From: Trichosphaerium sp. ATCC 40318
Lineage: Eukaryota > Protista > Tubulinea
Length of the DNA: 64,000 bases
Reading direction: 5' to 3'
Assembly: GCA_038496445.1 (NCBI GenBank)
Contig: JALMLS010000537.1
Coordinates: forward strand, 1-64,000
Below the pieces are notes generated by a model, which ran no database searches, had not been told where the DNA came from, and was given only the letters and a program-made list of their open reading frames with translations. Shown piece after piece: positions 1 through 12,844 of this stretch. A program made the position numbers and the translations under genes. Every line of letters starts with the position of its first letter. The first letter of the stretch is position 1.

Positions 1-45
1 GCCAGTTATACAACTAAGACTAGGGTTGATAAAGTTTATTGTTTC

Positions 46-1035
46 TAGTTAACTTCTACATGCACCTGAACAACGCAATTCAGCGATACATGATGTGTCT
101 TTCCCAGACGTATGAGAGTGATTTTATGAGCTCCTTTAAGAGCAGCAATGCCCTCATTTGTAACATTAAGATATCCAAGTGTGATGGTATGCACACAGAT
201 AGAGCAGCTATACCTTTGTCTGTAAGATTTAAGGAAAGAATAAAAATTGTATGAACACCAGCCAAAGCACTTATTCCATCATCTGTTATCTCGTTGCTCC
301 TACACATCGCATACAAATAAATTGAATGAACGCCTGCAAGTGATTTAAGACCCTCATCTGTCACTGAGGTACCTCCAAGGTATATTGTATGAACACCTGA
401 TAGATGTTTCACACCTTTATCTGATTTGAGCACAGATAAAGACTTATTTTGTGTACGCCTGAGAATGATTCAAGATCTTCATCTCTTACCTTCGTATCGT
501 TTAAATTGATAGAATGAACGCCAGAAAGTACTCCAAAGTTTACGTCGTTGAGGGTTTTACATTTATTTAGAGTTATGGTGTGAACTCCTGCCAGTGCTTT
601 GAGACCCTCACGTGTAATTCCAGTACAACGACCAAGGTTTATTTTATGTACTCCAGCAAGCGCTTTTAGTGTAGAGTCATCAACGCAAAGCCACGCAAGA
701 TTTATTGTATGTACGCCAACCAAACTACTCAAACTTTTCTCATCAAGTGGTGTTTCTGAACGAGGAAGAGCTGATAGATCAAGATGCTTAACACCCTTCA
801 GGTTAACTAAATGCTCCTTTTCTCGTAATTTATAAAATATCATTGTATGTCTTAGAACGCCCTTGTATTGAGATATCATTGCAGATTGATACGGCTTTGT
901 TATAGTTGCTTGAAGGTAACCAACGTTTTGATGAATTATATCTGAGAAAAGATGATTTAGTTGTGATAACTTGTATCGAACGTCATCGTGAGAGGTTTGA
1001 GTAATAAGTGTTAATAATTCAATAGGAACGTCCAA
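46..1035 (-). pseudogene. Intronless F-box-like + leucine-rich repeat (xVTDEGLKALAGVHTINL-type) gene, frameshifted
   Basis: N-terminal LDVPIELLTLI (F-box-like) is followed by many GVHTI/GVHSI LRRs. The repeats continue across frame changes near ~425 (ORF 409-1035 to ORF 80-433) and ~198 (…ALS then VHTITLGYLNVTNEGIAALKGAHKITL in another frame). There is no in-frame ATG before the upstream stop at 1081-1083. Confidence 0.8.
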
Positions 1036-1400
1036 TATTCGTGTTGTTTTAGCGCTAAGGCGAAAGTAAGTCTTTGTACGTTAAATGGCTATTTTAACCA
1101 ACATGTTTAATGTGATAGTTGGTTGTCAATAACACCGAACGCACCTCTGTTCCATCAATTATGTTCGTTGTAAAATATGATAGTTATCTATTTGACCACG
1201 TGTTTATTAACCGACGTGTGTATTTAATGAATTTAGAAGCCACTAATTAACTGCGAGTCAACAACGTTCAATGTTTGTAGCAATCTCTCTAGAGTTTAAC
1301 TTTACCAACACATTTCAGCAAACACCTTAAGTCGCATCACACTAAACCCTCTAAACAACGTTTACGATCGTAACCACTTGCTCTACGCTAATAAAAAATC

Positions 1401-2775
1401 ATGGCAGAAGAAGGCGCGAAGCGGGAAATACTGGAATTTAAAAAAAAAGACCTAGATTTCACTGTGACGCTCTGTGACGGCTTAGAAATATTTTGCAAGT
1501 CCATATTTCGCAAATACAGCGTTACAATATCAAATGACGCTCGAGCACGTAAACTTACCAAAGAACGGTGCCCAACCCTCGCACATATCTTCACTATGAT
1601 GAAACTAGCAATTAAAGATGATGTGCGCCAATCGAAGCTAGCAAAGACTTCAACTAAAACCAAATAGACTTCTCGATTTTCCTTAGACGTAAGCACAAGC
1701 GAAGGAGTTGTTTTGGAAGTCTCAGAGATCGACATCCTTGATATCAAACAATCGCTGTTCCATATTTCTCTGTTACAACAACCCGTCGATACTCAAGTCA
1801 TAGCAGAAGTAGTGGTTCGTGAAGGAGAATAAATATCACGTGATGCTAACAACTTTTTTTTCAAGGTTGCCGATCTTAGAAGCCAACTTGCTGCGTTGAA
1901 GGCTAGTCTCTTGGGAGAAAGAACGAAATCTGAAGGGCTTGAAATTATGGTCAATGACCTAAAGACGAGATTGGCTTCAGAAGAGAATAAATCGCGTGAT
2001 TTAGTTGCAGCAGTAAACGAATTAAAACTCAGTTTCGCAGAAGCATCAAAAAAGTCTGAAAAAGACTTTCTAGGTCTTCTCGCAAAGCAAACTGCTCGAG
2101 TGGACTCACTTGAACGAACGCTTTCGAATACAAAGACAGGATTAAGCGCTGTAACACGTTCACAAAAAGCAGCGGATATGAGTATCAAGGCTGTACGAAC
2201 TAAGGCACTAGCGATTGAAAAGAACCTCACAAAAGTCGAAGAAATATCTAAGGCATTATGGAAGTTTAGTTTGCAAGAAGAATCATACCTGTCACTCTCT
2301 GAGCACGACACACGCGTAGAGGGTAACAATTATAAGATAGACTCGGATTGCTGGAGGCACGGTGTGGTATATGTAAATGGTAGTTTTGCTTCAGGAGCCC
2401 ACCATGTTGAAATCAGGTATTCAGTTTATGTTACTTAACAATATTAACTGTATTGTAGTGTGAAAGCTTATACAGGAACTAAATTCTATTTGGGAGTAAA
2501 GGCGACAGGTTTTGGCGAATCCCATAAAAAGACATACACTGCCACGAGTAAAGGTGCTCGCGAGCGAGTTACACGTGAGTTGTTTCTAATTTTGTTTGTT
2601 GACTTCTCCATAGATGTAATATGTGTTACATTGAATATGTACAAACGAACAGTATCAATCTATTCGAAGTAAATCAGAGCCTTTCAAACTTAGTGGTAGT
2701 TCATACAAGTTATATTTGAAAATGAAGGACAGAACAGTTGCACGCTTACTTACTTCTGAATGCTGGTCTGTATGA
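1401..2775 (+). CDS. Multi-exon protein: N-terminal globular head, long coiled coil and C-terminal SPRY/B30.2-like beta domain
   Basis: The GT-AG intron 1623-1667 removes the apparent TAG, and an intron at ~1825-1865 joins to the heptad-rich ORF 1896-2438. The C-terminus WRHGVVYVNGSFASGAHHVEI…KFYLGV…VICVTLNMYKRTV resembles SPRY. Stop is TGA at 2773-2775. Confidence 0.55.
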
Positions 2776-4850
2776 ATCTGTTTTAACAAAATAAATAACC
2801 ACGTGATACTTAATTTCAACTAAACAATGTAATTGCACATGATATGACATAGTACGAGTGCAAAGGGCACCTGTAAGTACTGGACTATAATTGCAAAGTC
2901 TGGTAAAGTACAGATCTATGAAGAACCTTGCAGCCTTACGTGCCTTAAAAAACCGATTAAAATAATCTAGAGTGAGGTTATATTATTTCTCCGCATGCGG
3001 AATTTTGCAGATTACGCCCTTTGACTACCCGCTAGCAACGCCGAGTCTTCATAATTTTGTGGGCGCTGGTGATACGGGTCTATGAAGTGTGCTTTGCCGC
3101 AGATGTATGCTTTGTCGCGCTGGGAAAAAAATTTGTGCCCACGCGCTTTGAGTCCAAACCCTCACCAGATACGTTTATTTCGCCAATGAAGAGCGCTCCT
3201 TCAAGGAAGTATGCGGGATCGGCACTGTGCAACGAGAAAATTTTGCTATTTTCGTGTCGTTGATAACAAGCGTTTAAAGCTTCTTTTACGTAACAAACCA
3301 CATAATAAACGCTTTTCAAGCTGTAATTGCGTGTCAATAAAATAGTGACACAGTAAAAAACAACAAACATTGCAATCGCAATAAATGCGTTGTTTCTACC
3401 ATTTCCGAGCATTCTCGTTCCTGTCATTGCGTTTAAACCTCATCAAAACTGATTAAGTGAGCATTTTGTCAAAATGACAACGAATTCCGCCACTGGCTAA
3501 AATAAATCTAGCCATTAAGAACTGACATGAGCGCTCCTCAAATACTCGACTTTGCGATTCATAGACGAGAACTGCCTATTTCTAGAAAAAACACTGCAAA
3601 GTCATCAAAACACCGTTCAACGCAGCCAATAGAGAAGGGTTCGCGTCTATATCGTATTCTACAACATCCATACGCCTTATGGGTAATACAGCACCACGGG
3701 CCAGATCGCTTTTCGGAGCAGATTGACACACTCCCAAGTACGACAGAGAGCATCATAACCCAAATTGTACGAATTCTCCTTTACATTACTACACTATTTT
3801 TGTGAATACTTCTATTTGAAGCTACTGCGGTCGTTATTACAACCCAAACCACTTTGGCAGCCAACCACTTCTTTTTCGTTTAACAAAAACCTCTTAACTT
3901 ACGAAACCGCTAAAAGACGTTGTTACTTATTGTTTGTAGCATCCCATCCATCATTGCACTCAAAACTTTAAAAATGATGACACTTGACAGCCTAAGTAAA
4001 CCAAAACGAGAATTTACGTACAAGCTCCTTCGATCAACTGCAGAATCCATTGTAGAACGCCCTAACAAACTAGCGGTTTAAACAAAAACCATGTACAAAA
4101 TGTAAAAGAGCACAAGCGCAAGTAATATTGTATTCTAACGCAAAGCCGCCTACTTGTGTAACGCAAACACGGTTTTGCTTTTTTCTACCACAAACACTCA
4201 CTGTGGTTGACATGTACGATATCATTGCGTTATAACCGCATTTTTGCGCGCTAATAGCGCAACTGTGGGTGCAAAGCAGCCAACTAAATGAAAAACAACA
4301 TTTACCGCTTTTTTTGGTTGAGTATTGGAACTATTGCGAAAGCAACTGAATATTGTAGACAAGTCTGTTTTCGTACTTGTACGGGCTTGAGTGACAAGTG
4401 GTTTCACATACAGTCAAATGATTTCATATTTTCCAAGTTACTTACGCCGCATACACCTGCTCCCTCAAGGTAACAGCACAATTATTTTAATAACGAGTTT
4501 GTGGCTTTTTCTTCAATTCGCTTGAGAAATCATTACAAATATCAAAACGCCTTTTCACACCTAACGCCTAGTAATTTTAACTCACAAAACGAGCTTTTTG
4601 TCAACAGGCACTTCAATATTCTCAACATTTGGTTTTTCCTGTATTGCAGTAACTCTTTCACGTCATTTTAAAGCATTTCATAACACTTCAATGACAAGTG
4701 AGGGTTGAAACTTTTCCGCCCTTTATTTTTCTTCTTTTACGCCACAACACCTCAAACATCTTTATTCTTTAATGCTCTTATTCTATTGTTCTTATCAATC
4801 GTTCAAAAGGTTGTTTTATCACTCAGCCCGCTAAAAAACGTTACAGGGTG

Positions 4851-7183
4851 ATGGAATGCGTAAACAAGTCCATACGGCATCCTAACTATACTAAAAAGCG
4901 CCACAAGTTCGTCAAGGGCGAAAATGTTGAATTCCTTCTAACAGGCGCAGAGTCGTACCATTCGTTCGCATGGCTATCGGTACGTTATTATATACGAGCA
5001 ATATAACGAGTTAAATGCGATATTTTTTTTGGGTTTTTGATTAACTTCTTTTGTTCGTATTTAAATGTCAATCTATTACCTTATTCGTATTAATTACCTT
5101 TCGATTAACCTACAGGCATATTCCAGAATTCATAAAACATCATTTTACGCCCAGACTTTTTGTCTGTTTTTTTTTTTTTTTTTCGCGCTAAATTCTATAA
5201 CGACCCGTTTTAACTATCGCATTAAACTATCACCAATAAAATAATACCGTTCGCGGTGTTTTAGCCGTATTCTAAGTCTGAAAAAAAAAACAAAACGAAA
5301 AAAACCGAAAAATTTTCTCGTCTTTGCCCTTTTGTCGCCTTTGAGCGTAAAAAATTTCGTTTTCATTATGTGTATCCAATCACCTTAGTACTTTAAGAAA
5401 AATTATCACATGAATTTTGCACGTGCTAATGTTTCGTTTTTTTTTTTGTAGGCAAGAGTACAAGATCTCGGATGTAAGACTGTTATTGGTATTGTTATTC
5501 CTTACTACGTCATTGAATGGGGAAAAAATCATGTGACTACTGTTGAAGAGTGGCAGTTACGAAAACAAAGGCCTAAGGTCTTAGCAAAGGAGTACGTTGA
5601 TAGATATCAATCAAATAATACTGTGTTAATTAACAAGAACGCAATGAACATCATAAACATTTTTTATTCGCTGTTCTTTTTTTTTCTTTCGTTTTTTCTG
5701 CGTTGCTGGTCTTGTCTGACGTACTTTTTAGAAAGCAACTTCATGCTGGAACATACGTTGAAGTACAGTCTGTTATGGATGGTGTAGAGTATTGGTTTTG
5801 CGCAAGGGTAAGGCTCAGTGAACCATTTTTTGTTTTTTCCAAAAAAAAAAAGAGCTTATTCATTTTGTAGGTGCGAGAAAAATGCCCAGAGAGTATGCAG
5901 ACTGTGCATGTAATATACAGAAATACCTCATGGCAAAACAGCTTTGATAAGGATAAGGAGCATTATAGAAATTATTTACATATGAACAAGGCTCGTGTAT
6001 CGATAGGTAAGGTCTTTGTTTTATTATTTTCTATTTTTATTTTGTTTGCTTTGCATGGTTACTCTTTATTGTGTTACTATTCTTGTTTGCTATCAGCTTA
6101 TTTGATACTTAGTTGCAACGCACGATTTATTGACACAGATGATTTGGAAAGAGAATGGTGAGTTTGAGGATGAAATGTTTTGAAATAAAACTTAAAAACC
6201 GTCAATGTTAGGCCTTAACTTTATCTATAGGTCGCGATATTCCCCGTAGATTAATATCAGATGAAGAGCACAATATTGAACGCATGTGTACGTATTTTTT
6301 ACCAAAATATTCGATAAAATAAAAAGGCTGTCACGTGATGTGCGCTAGCTACACTTAGTTATTTTTAAATCTTTTTTTCGTATGTTTGTTAACGTTTTTG
6401 TGATAGATAAAGAGTTCCAACAGTGGAACAATCAAGTAGGTATTGCTCGAGATAAGGTTCGTTATATTTTTCCGAAATAGTGACAACATGAGTCACACAA
6501 ACTGATTGTTTATTATAGGGTCTCATCGCAGCAGGCTTACCAAGCACGGCAGAAGATTTTGAACCTTTGAGGTACGAGGTCAACTCCTGTGAGTAGTTGT
6601 GATTAATTTCTTTCTTTAGGGACCAAATTGTAGAGTATGCAGACTCCCTCCTAAATGCCAGAGAATATGATAGAGCTATAGAACTTATTGGGTTGATAAA
6701 GATTTTAGAAGAGCTCATAGAAAGGTCACAACGTGCAGAGAAAGGTAACGCTTTAGGAAGATTTCTTTTCAAAAATTTTATTTTTGTTTCTCACTGCACG
6801 TGCTTACAGTGGTTTTTGTAGCGAAATTGATAACGCTTAAAGCAACATTAAATGACCTAATACAACACCAAGATGGCCCATCTCACGTAAAAAGGAAGGC
6901 ACCAGGAGATGATAAGAACCTTTCAATGCGTCTTGATTCTATTTCTCATGAAAGTAAACGTCCTCGTCTTGATACAACTATAATGGCTCAACCACGTGAT
7001 ACAATGGTAAATGGATATCCAAGTATTGGTATGGGTCAATATACAAAGCCTGGAAACGCTTATAACCAAAAGACGAACAGTTTATTCCCAAAGTCAAACC
7101 CTGTTAATTCAGCTCAAACAAACAAAAAGATTTTTGAAGACTTACCTGATCTTGACCCAGGGATTGTTGCAGAGTGCTTTTAA
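4851..7183 (+). CDS. Tandem Agenet/Tudor-like domain protein (multi-exon)
   Basis: Spliced exons read FVKGENVEFLLTGAESYHSFAWLS|ARVQDLG…YVIEWGKNHVTTVEEWQLR and LHAGTYVEVQSVMDGVEYWFCAR|VREK, i.e. two G-x-x-VE…W-x-x-A-R-V Agenet-like units. These are followed by a helical region and the basic low-complexity last exon 6820-7183. Confidence 0.55.
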
Positions 7184-7653
7184 GTTATCCACACTGACCA
7201 AGGAGCATTCAGTATATATGTCATATCTTCTATTTTTTTTCTGAAGTCGTACAGACGTCTGGCAATCAAAAGAAAAGGAGATTGTGATTAAAAAAAAAAC
7301 CACAAAAAAAACACTTGTACAAAAGTTTTATTACATAAAAAAAAATCGAAAGAGTCATCATTATGAACTTTAAAAACAGTAGTAGCCATTGTGTAAACAA
7401 AGGAGTTTATTTATTTGACAGTTACTTGTACGAGTATTGAACACTTATTGGGCACAACAATGTGGATACGACATTCAGTTAAATAGTATGTTTAGAGTAA
7501 CAATGCAGAACTTTGATTTCATTTTTTGTATGTTTACGTTGTGCTCCTACACTTCTACAGATGTTTCCTGCAACGTTTCTGATATGTCAGAGAGTGCCTA
7601 TTGGTTGTGATCTGCTACACTTCGTACAGACGCTCACTGGTAAGAAAAGTATC

Positions 7654-7746
7654 ATGGTTAAGTTCTTGCTTGATGTAGGCGCCTTATGTGATAAAAAGAT
7701 AGATGGGGCAATACACCAAAGGATGACGCTTTACGGCACAAACATT
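7654..7746 (+). pseudogene. Ankyrin-repeat relic
   Basis: MVKFLLDVGALCDKK then, after a frameshift, DRWGNTPKDDALRHKH: a single ankyrin repeat with no intact context. Confidence 0.5.
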
Positions 7747-7792
7747 GTCCTGTAGTATCCGTACTTAACTAATGTATTTAAGAGTTACACAA

Positions 7793-8586
7793 TTATAGTT
7801 TGTTCTTTAAGTACTTTAGTTTTCCATCTTCATACCAGCCTTTAATATCTCCATGTCTTTTACCATCAACCCACATGGACTGGTCTGAAGTTGTCCACTT
7901 TCATACCATCCTATACTTTCGCCAGTTTGTTTACCATTGACCCACATGGATTGGCCTTCAAGTTGTCCATTCTCATACAAATCTCTACGTTTGCCATGTT
8001 GTTTGTCATTGGCCCACATGAATAGATACTGTAATTGGCCATTCTTAAACCATCCTTTACTTTCACCAGTATGTTTACCATCAACCCATGAGGCTTGTCG
8101 CTCAAGTTGTCCATTGTTATGCCACTTTTTAAATTCACCATTTAGTTTACCATTAACCCACATGGCATGGTATAGTAGTTGTCCGTTGTCATACCATGCT
8201 TTATTTTCACCATGCTGTTTATCATTAACCCACATGGATTGGACCTGAAGTTGTCCACTTTCATACCATGACAACCACTCACCTTCTTTTTTACCATTGA
8301 CTTGTATGTACTGCTCCTTGAGTGATCCATTTGGATACCATTCTTTAATCAACCCATTTACTGTGTATTGATGAGACTTCACCTTTCCACTTTTATACCA
8401 TCTTATCCATATCCCTTTTCTTTGTAATACTTCATTAAAATGAGTATTTGTTGCAGCTCTCTTTGATAGAGTGTGGAATTTCGTGAATGTTTCAACGTTG
8501 AAAGTACAAATATAGGTTTGAAGTTCACATGGAATATCCAATAAAGTCAAAGCATGCAATTCATTGCACAATTTTCTTTTACACAA
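7793..8586 (-). pseudogene. F-box-like + MORN-variant (YwqK-type) repeat protein, intronless, 1-nt deletion near the 3' end
   Basis: LLDIPCELQTYI is followed by ~8 repeats of WYxNGQL-x-x-x-MWVNGK-x-GE. The last repeat continues in another frame (QSMWVDGKRHGDIKGWYEDGKLKYL, stop at 7793-7795). There is no in-frame ATG. Confidence 0.8.
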
Positions 8587-9966
8587 GGGACTAGAATACT
8601 ACGAAGAAAAAATGTTAGATAATAGTACAAAAATATTATCTTGTGTCAGTCAAGCTAGGCTGCTGGTTTGTTGGCCTTTACTGTTGTAAGAACTACAAAT
8701 AAGTAGTTTTGTACTGAGTAAAAAACTGGATTGACTGGTTCGCACTAGTTTCAAGAAATTTGGCACGTGACGCGTGATATGTCCTATTTCTAAGAAATCA
8801 CGTGTTTTTGCGCCGTTTTGTTCTTACAGCATAAATCAAATAAAAAAAAAACCCAACGGGTAGTTGTGCTTGTTATTAAAGCATAGCCTCAAAAACAAAG
8901 CTAAGGCGCAGTATGCGCATCGTACGTACCATGTGCATAGTGAATAAATACTACAAATCCTATTACAACGCGATCACTGCTTGCCGTGCCTTGGAGACTT
9001 GTTACGCCTTCCGAGAAATGTATTGCTGGTTGCTTACTAGGAACGACTTTTTTTTTTACCACGTCTGTAGAAAACTGCCAACTAGTGTCTTAGTACAAAG
9101 TGCAAACGTAAGTATCGTGAGTACTATGAAAGGCTACCACATGACGGTAAAGCCACCTAATTGTCACTACTTGCATTACAAATTGACAACAGTTGTTAAT
9201 CCTTAAAGTATCCAGCTGGCAATTCATAACAAATTCATTGTGCTGACTTGTATGTCCTGGAAGAAATGTAATATGTAAGACTTGACTGAATTCTAACACA
9301 TCGTAAAGGGTTTTATTTTGGACTAAAAATGAGAATAATAAACATTAGTGAGACGGAGATGTTAGCAAGAAGATTGAGCTCGCGTTGAAATCCTTTGACA
9401 AGAGCGCAGCTCCCGAGTCGCTAGAAGAATCCGAACATCTATGCAAAGAAAGGAGGCTCTTGACTACTATCGGTTCAATAGGTACTATACAAAGAGTAAT
9501 TGTGCTCATTGAGTACCTATAACATATCTAAACTTGGTCAAGTGAACAATCTGGACAGATACAAATACATTGAGTTGGTAGAGAGAGGGTGAAACGCACA
9601 TTCTGATTACATCACTGAGATCATGACGATGGATGATTACGAAGCATACGTATGAGAAAATCGTTACTACCCAATAGTGTAAAGAAGAGAATTTGAGACA
9701 AGAGCACGAAAGCATTGGACAGTTTTAAACCTATTCCGTATACGTTTAGAACAAATGTTGATAATCTCAGCTTGGGTTCTTGGGTACTACCAAGCATAGC
9801 ACAATTCTTAGAAGCTCCGAAGAGTAAAAGGAATATCGCAAGAGTGTATCAATCCTCCTTAAACAGGTAATACGAGCAAAAAGAAAGGGTTTAAAAAATA
9901 AACTCCATTGTGTACTTTAACTATGTTGTCTTTATTTGATTAAAAGCACAGTAAAGTTGTTAGTGA

Positions 9967-10374
9967 CTAACAGCTTCCACAAGCAGCTTCGCTCCAGCAA
10001 CACCATTTATCACTTCTGATGCGAAAGCATAATGGAGATCCAGGGTAGCAGTATGCAGTTGAACCTAATAAAGGTAAGTACTAAGAAGTTTGCTACCACT
10101 TTTGGATTTTCACGTACATTGACCATTCTTTTCACGACCACGTTTACGCCATCCAGGAGGACACCATCCATTTGTATCACATGTTTCGCCACACAACAAT
10201 GGTCCTTGCTAAATGGGGCGTTAGTTAACATACAATGTAAAGTAGCAATAGACATACCTCAGTTGATCTCTTTTCGTGCATATCTGGCATTTCTTCAGAG
10301 TCTTTAGATTGGGTCGTCAAGGCAATTGGTATCAACGCCAAAGTCACCAATAAGAATAATGTTGTTGTGTTCAT
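9967..10374 (-). CDS. Secreted cysteine-rich peptide precursor, copy A (3 exons)
   Basis: MNTTTLFLLVTLALIPIALT signal, acidic propeptide ending EKR, and two GT-AG introns. Mature sequence STEQGPLLCGETCDTNGWCPPGWRKRGREKNGQCSTAYCYPGSPLCFRIRSDKWCCWSEAACGSC*. Confidence 0.9.
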
Positions 10375-10721
10375 TTGTTGTTTGTTTGAAGAAGAGGTTT
10401 GTTGTTGGTTGTTGTTTTGTATTTTAGTTTGAAATCCAGTTTAAGTTAAGTCTGATTATTCACTGAAATAAAGTATCGTAAGTCGTTTACCTCATTTCTT
10501 TTTCGCTAAATCTTTTATCCATAATCTCTTTGGTATCAATACAGCAAACAAAAATGCTATTATATTTGTTTTAAAACAGTATTAGACAGCATAACAAAGC
10601 TTCAACCCGATAACATATTAATAATTTACCGTAACATTTCACATGAAATGCAGACTTAAATTATATTGATATCTTATTATAAATACAAACCATAACAAGA
10701 ACAACCACACCTCATAGAACA

Positions 10722-11122
10722 ATGAAAACAACTTTTCTTTTCGCTTTTGTACTCATGGCATTAACTGTTGCCTTGGCGACCCAATCTAAAGACTCTGAAG
10801 AAATGCCAGATATGCACAAAAAGAGATCAACTGAGGTATGTCGACCCCTACTTCTACATTGTATGTTAACATGCCATTCTAGCAAGGACCATTGTTGTGT
10901 GGTGAAACATGCGATACAAATGGATGGTGTCCTCCTGGATGGCGTAAACGCGGTCGTGAAAAGAATGGTCAATGTATGTGAAAAATCAAAGAGTAGCAAA
11001 CTTCTTAGTACTTACCTTTATTAGGTTCAACTGCATACTGCTACCCTGGATCTCCATTATGTTTCCGTATTAGAAGTGATAAATGGTGTTGCTGGAGCGA
11101 AGCTGCTTGTGGAAGTTGCTAA
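10722..11122 (+). CDS. Secreted cysteine-rich peptide precursor, copy B (3 exons, 100 aa)
   Basis: Exons 10722-10835, 10883-10973 and 11025-11122, with introns of 47 and 51 nt (GTATGT…AG). Signal peptide, propeptide ending KKR, and the same 65-aa 10-Cys mature peptide as copy A. Confidence 0.9.
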
Positions 11123-11354
11123 GATAGCAAAGTCATACTTGTTATACCAATTAACACGTTGTCTATCATAAACCTGTTTATTAAAAACATCAAACATTTC
11201 TCTCGTTGTTTTTTTGTTCTCCTCCACCTTTTTGAATTAAATCACTTGAATTTTAACCACTAACTAAACCGTTGTACTTTTTCCGTTTAGACCTTGGGAA
11301 ACTGATGTATTTTTAAAAGTCAACAGACTGAGAATACGAACCTAACCTCGTAAA

Positions 11355-12030
11355 TAAGTTCTGTCAGATTTTGTCAGTTTTGATAAATCTTGCAAGAACT
11401 GACAGGTTTGATACCAACTTATGGAACCAGTGCAATGTGAACGCATCACACTCTACAACTCCAATCAAGGTACCGTGCTTGCCGTCCTTATGCACATTAA
11501 GGCAAGATGAAAAAGCACTGTGTCAAAGTCACATCATCTAACAAGACGATCGCAGTATTTTTCTTAGGTGCGCTCATTACTGCTCACCAAGGAGCTATAA
11601 AAACGGGTACAAATTAATAATGCTTTTTTACAAGTTAACTTACTAGCACCAGGCGCGAAAGCTGGCACATTCAGGCGTAAAGAGGAGTATTAACTGCGAG
11701 AAAACGTTAAAACCTCAAATAAAATTACAAGCGCTTCCAAAGTATCTTGCGCTGAGCGTACGGTATTAACATACCGTAATAATCTGTTTTAAAGTATAGG
11801 AGACAACTGTTGGACCTCAGAGGTAATCAGAGATGTTAACAGGACCAAATAAAATAATGGTTAAAAACACGTGGTCGCAATAATATGTATGCGTTTTAGA
11901 CGTAGATTTAGTTTTGTACCAGAACTGACAAGATCCGTCAAATCTTGTAGTTTTTAACAGATCTTGCAAGAACTAACAAGATCTTGTAAGAACTAACAGA
12001 AGTTGCAAGATCTGTCAGATCTGACTAAAC
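11355..12030. repeat. Two patches (~11355-11410 and ~11920-12030) of short repeats built from TCTTGCAAGA / AGAACTGACA / AGATCT
   Basis: For example aatcttgcaagaactgacag (~11386) and agatcttgcaagaactaacaagatcttgtaagaactaacag (~11959). A related patch lies at ~46830-46920. Confidence 0.5.
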
Positions 12031-12083
12031 ACGAAAACCAAAAGTCACAAACAGCGAAAAGTTGCAAAGATTAGCAAACTTGA

Positions 12084-12810
12084 ATGTTACGGACAATAAC
12101 TGACGTAGGTGTTAAAGCTTTGGCTGGTGTTCATACAATTAACCTGTCTCATACTTTCGTTACAGATGACGGTATAAAAGCATTGAAAGGTGTTCATGCT
12201 ATTAATATTAGGTATTGTCTTAATGTTACAGATGATTGTGTTAAATCGCTTATTGAGAACGGTTCAAACATGAATACTTATCTTGGTCCTATGTATGTGT
12301 AATCAATTGGTTTTACAAAAGGTCATTATCAGGTGTTTTATGGACACATAGCTTAAGTACACTACTATAGATGCAGAGATGTTGCCTGTAACTACAAAGC
12401 ACATCCAATTGTAGAATAAACACTTTTTATTTTCAGCTTGCACCTGCCTTGACTATTGTCTTATGAAGTGTACGTACAGTGTATGTCCACCTAACAAAAT
12501 GAAAATTGCGCTACCAAGTCATAGTTCATAAAACAAGGAATTGTACTCCAATCAGCCAAACATGCCACTTGTTGCGATCTATTGTTCATAACCACATTGG
12601 ATACAATCTAAAATATCTAGTGAAGATGACATTAAAATCCTTTCTGCCCATTACTCTCTATTTCTTTAAATTTTACATATGAAGGAATCAAAGCATTAGC
12701 AGGTGTACACACCATCATGCTATCATTTACAAAGGTAACAGACAATGGTATCAAGGCGTACATGAGATTTATCATTTGCAAAGGTGACAGATGAAGGGTA
12801 TCAAGGCACA
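12084..12810 (+). pseudogene. LRR (GVHTINL family) gene fragments
   Basis: ORF 12084-12302 reads TITDVGVKALAGVHTINLSHTFVTDDGIKALKGVHAINI. Further broken repeats lie at ~12672-12810 (FTYEGIKALAGVHTIMLSFTKVTDNGIKA). Confidence 0.75.
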
Positions 12811-12844
12811 TATATTAACTTATTAATAACAGTATTTCCATCAA

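Noticed and set aside
2950-4700. Short ORFs on both strands
   Set aside because: No recognisable motifs or consistent exon structure; likely intergenic.
9340-9870. Coding-looking plus-strand stretch
   Set aside because: It is interrupted by stops, with no recognisable homology or consistent splice model.
10010-11024. ORF-track proteins 10010-10255, 10032-10307, 10712-10999 and 10722-11024
   Set aside because: These are read-through-intron or antisense artefacts of the spliced Cys-rich peptide genes.
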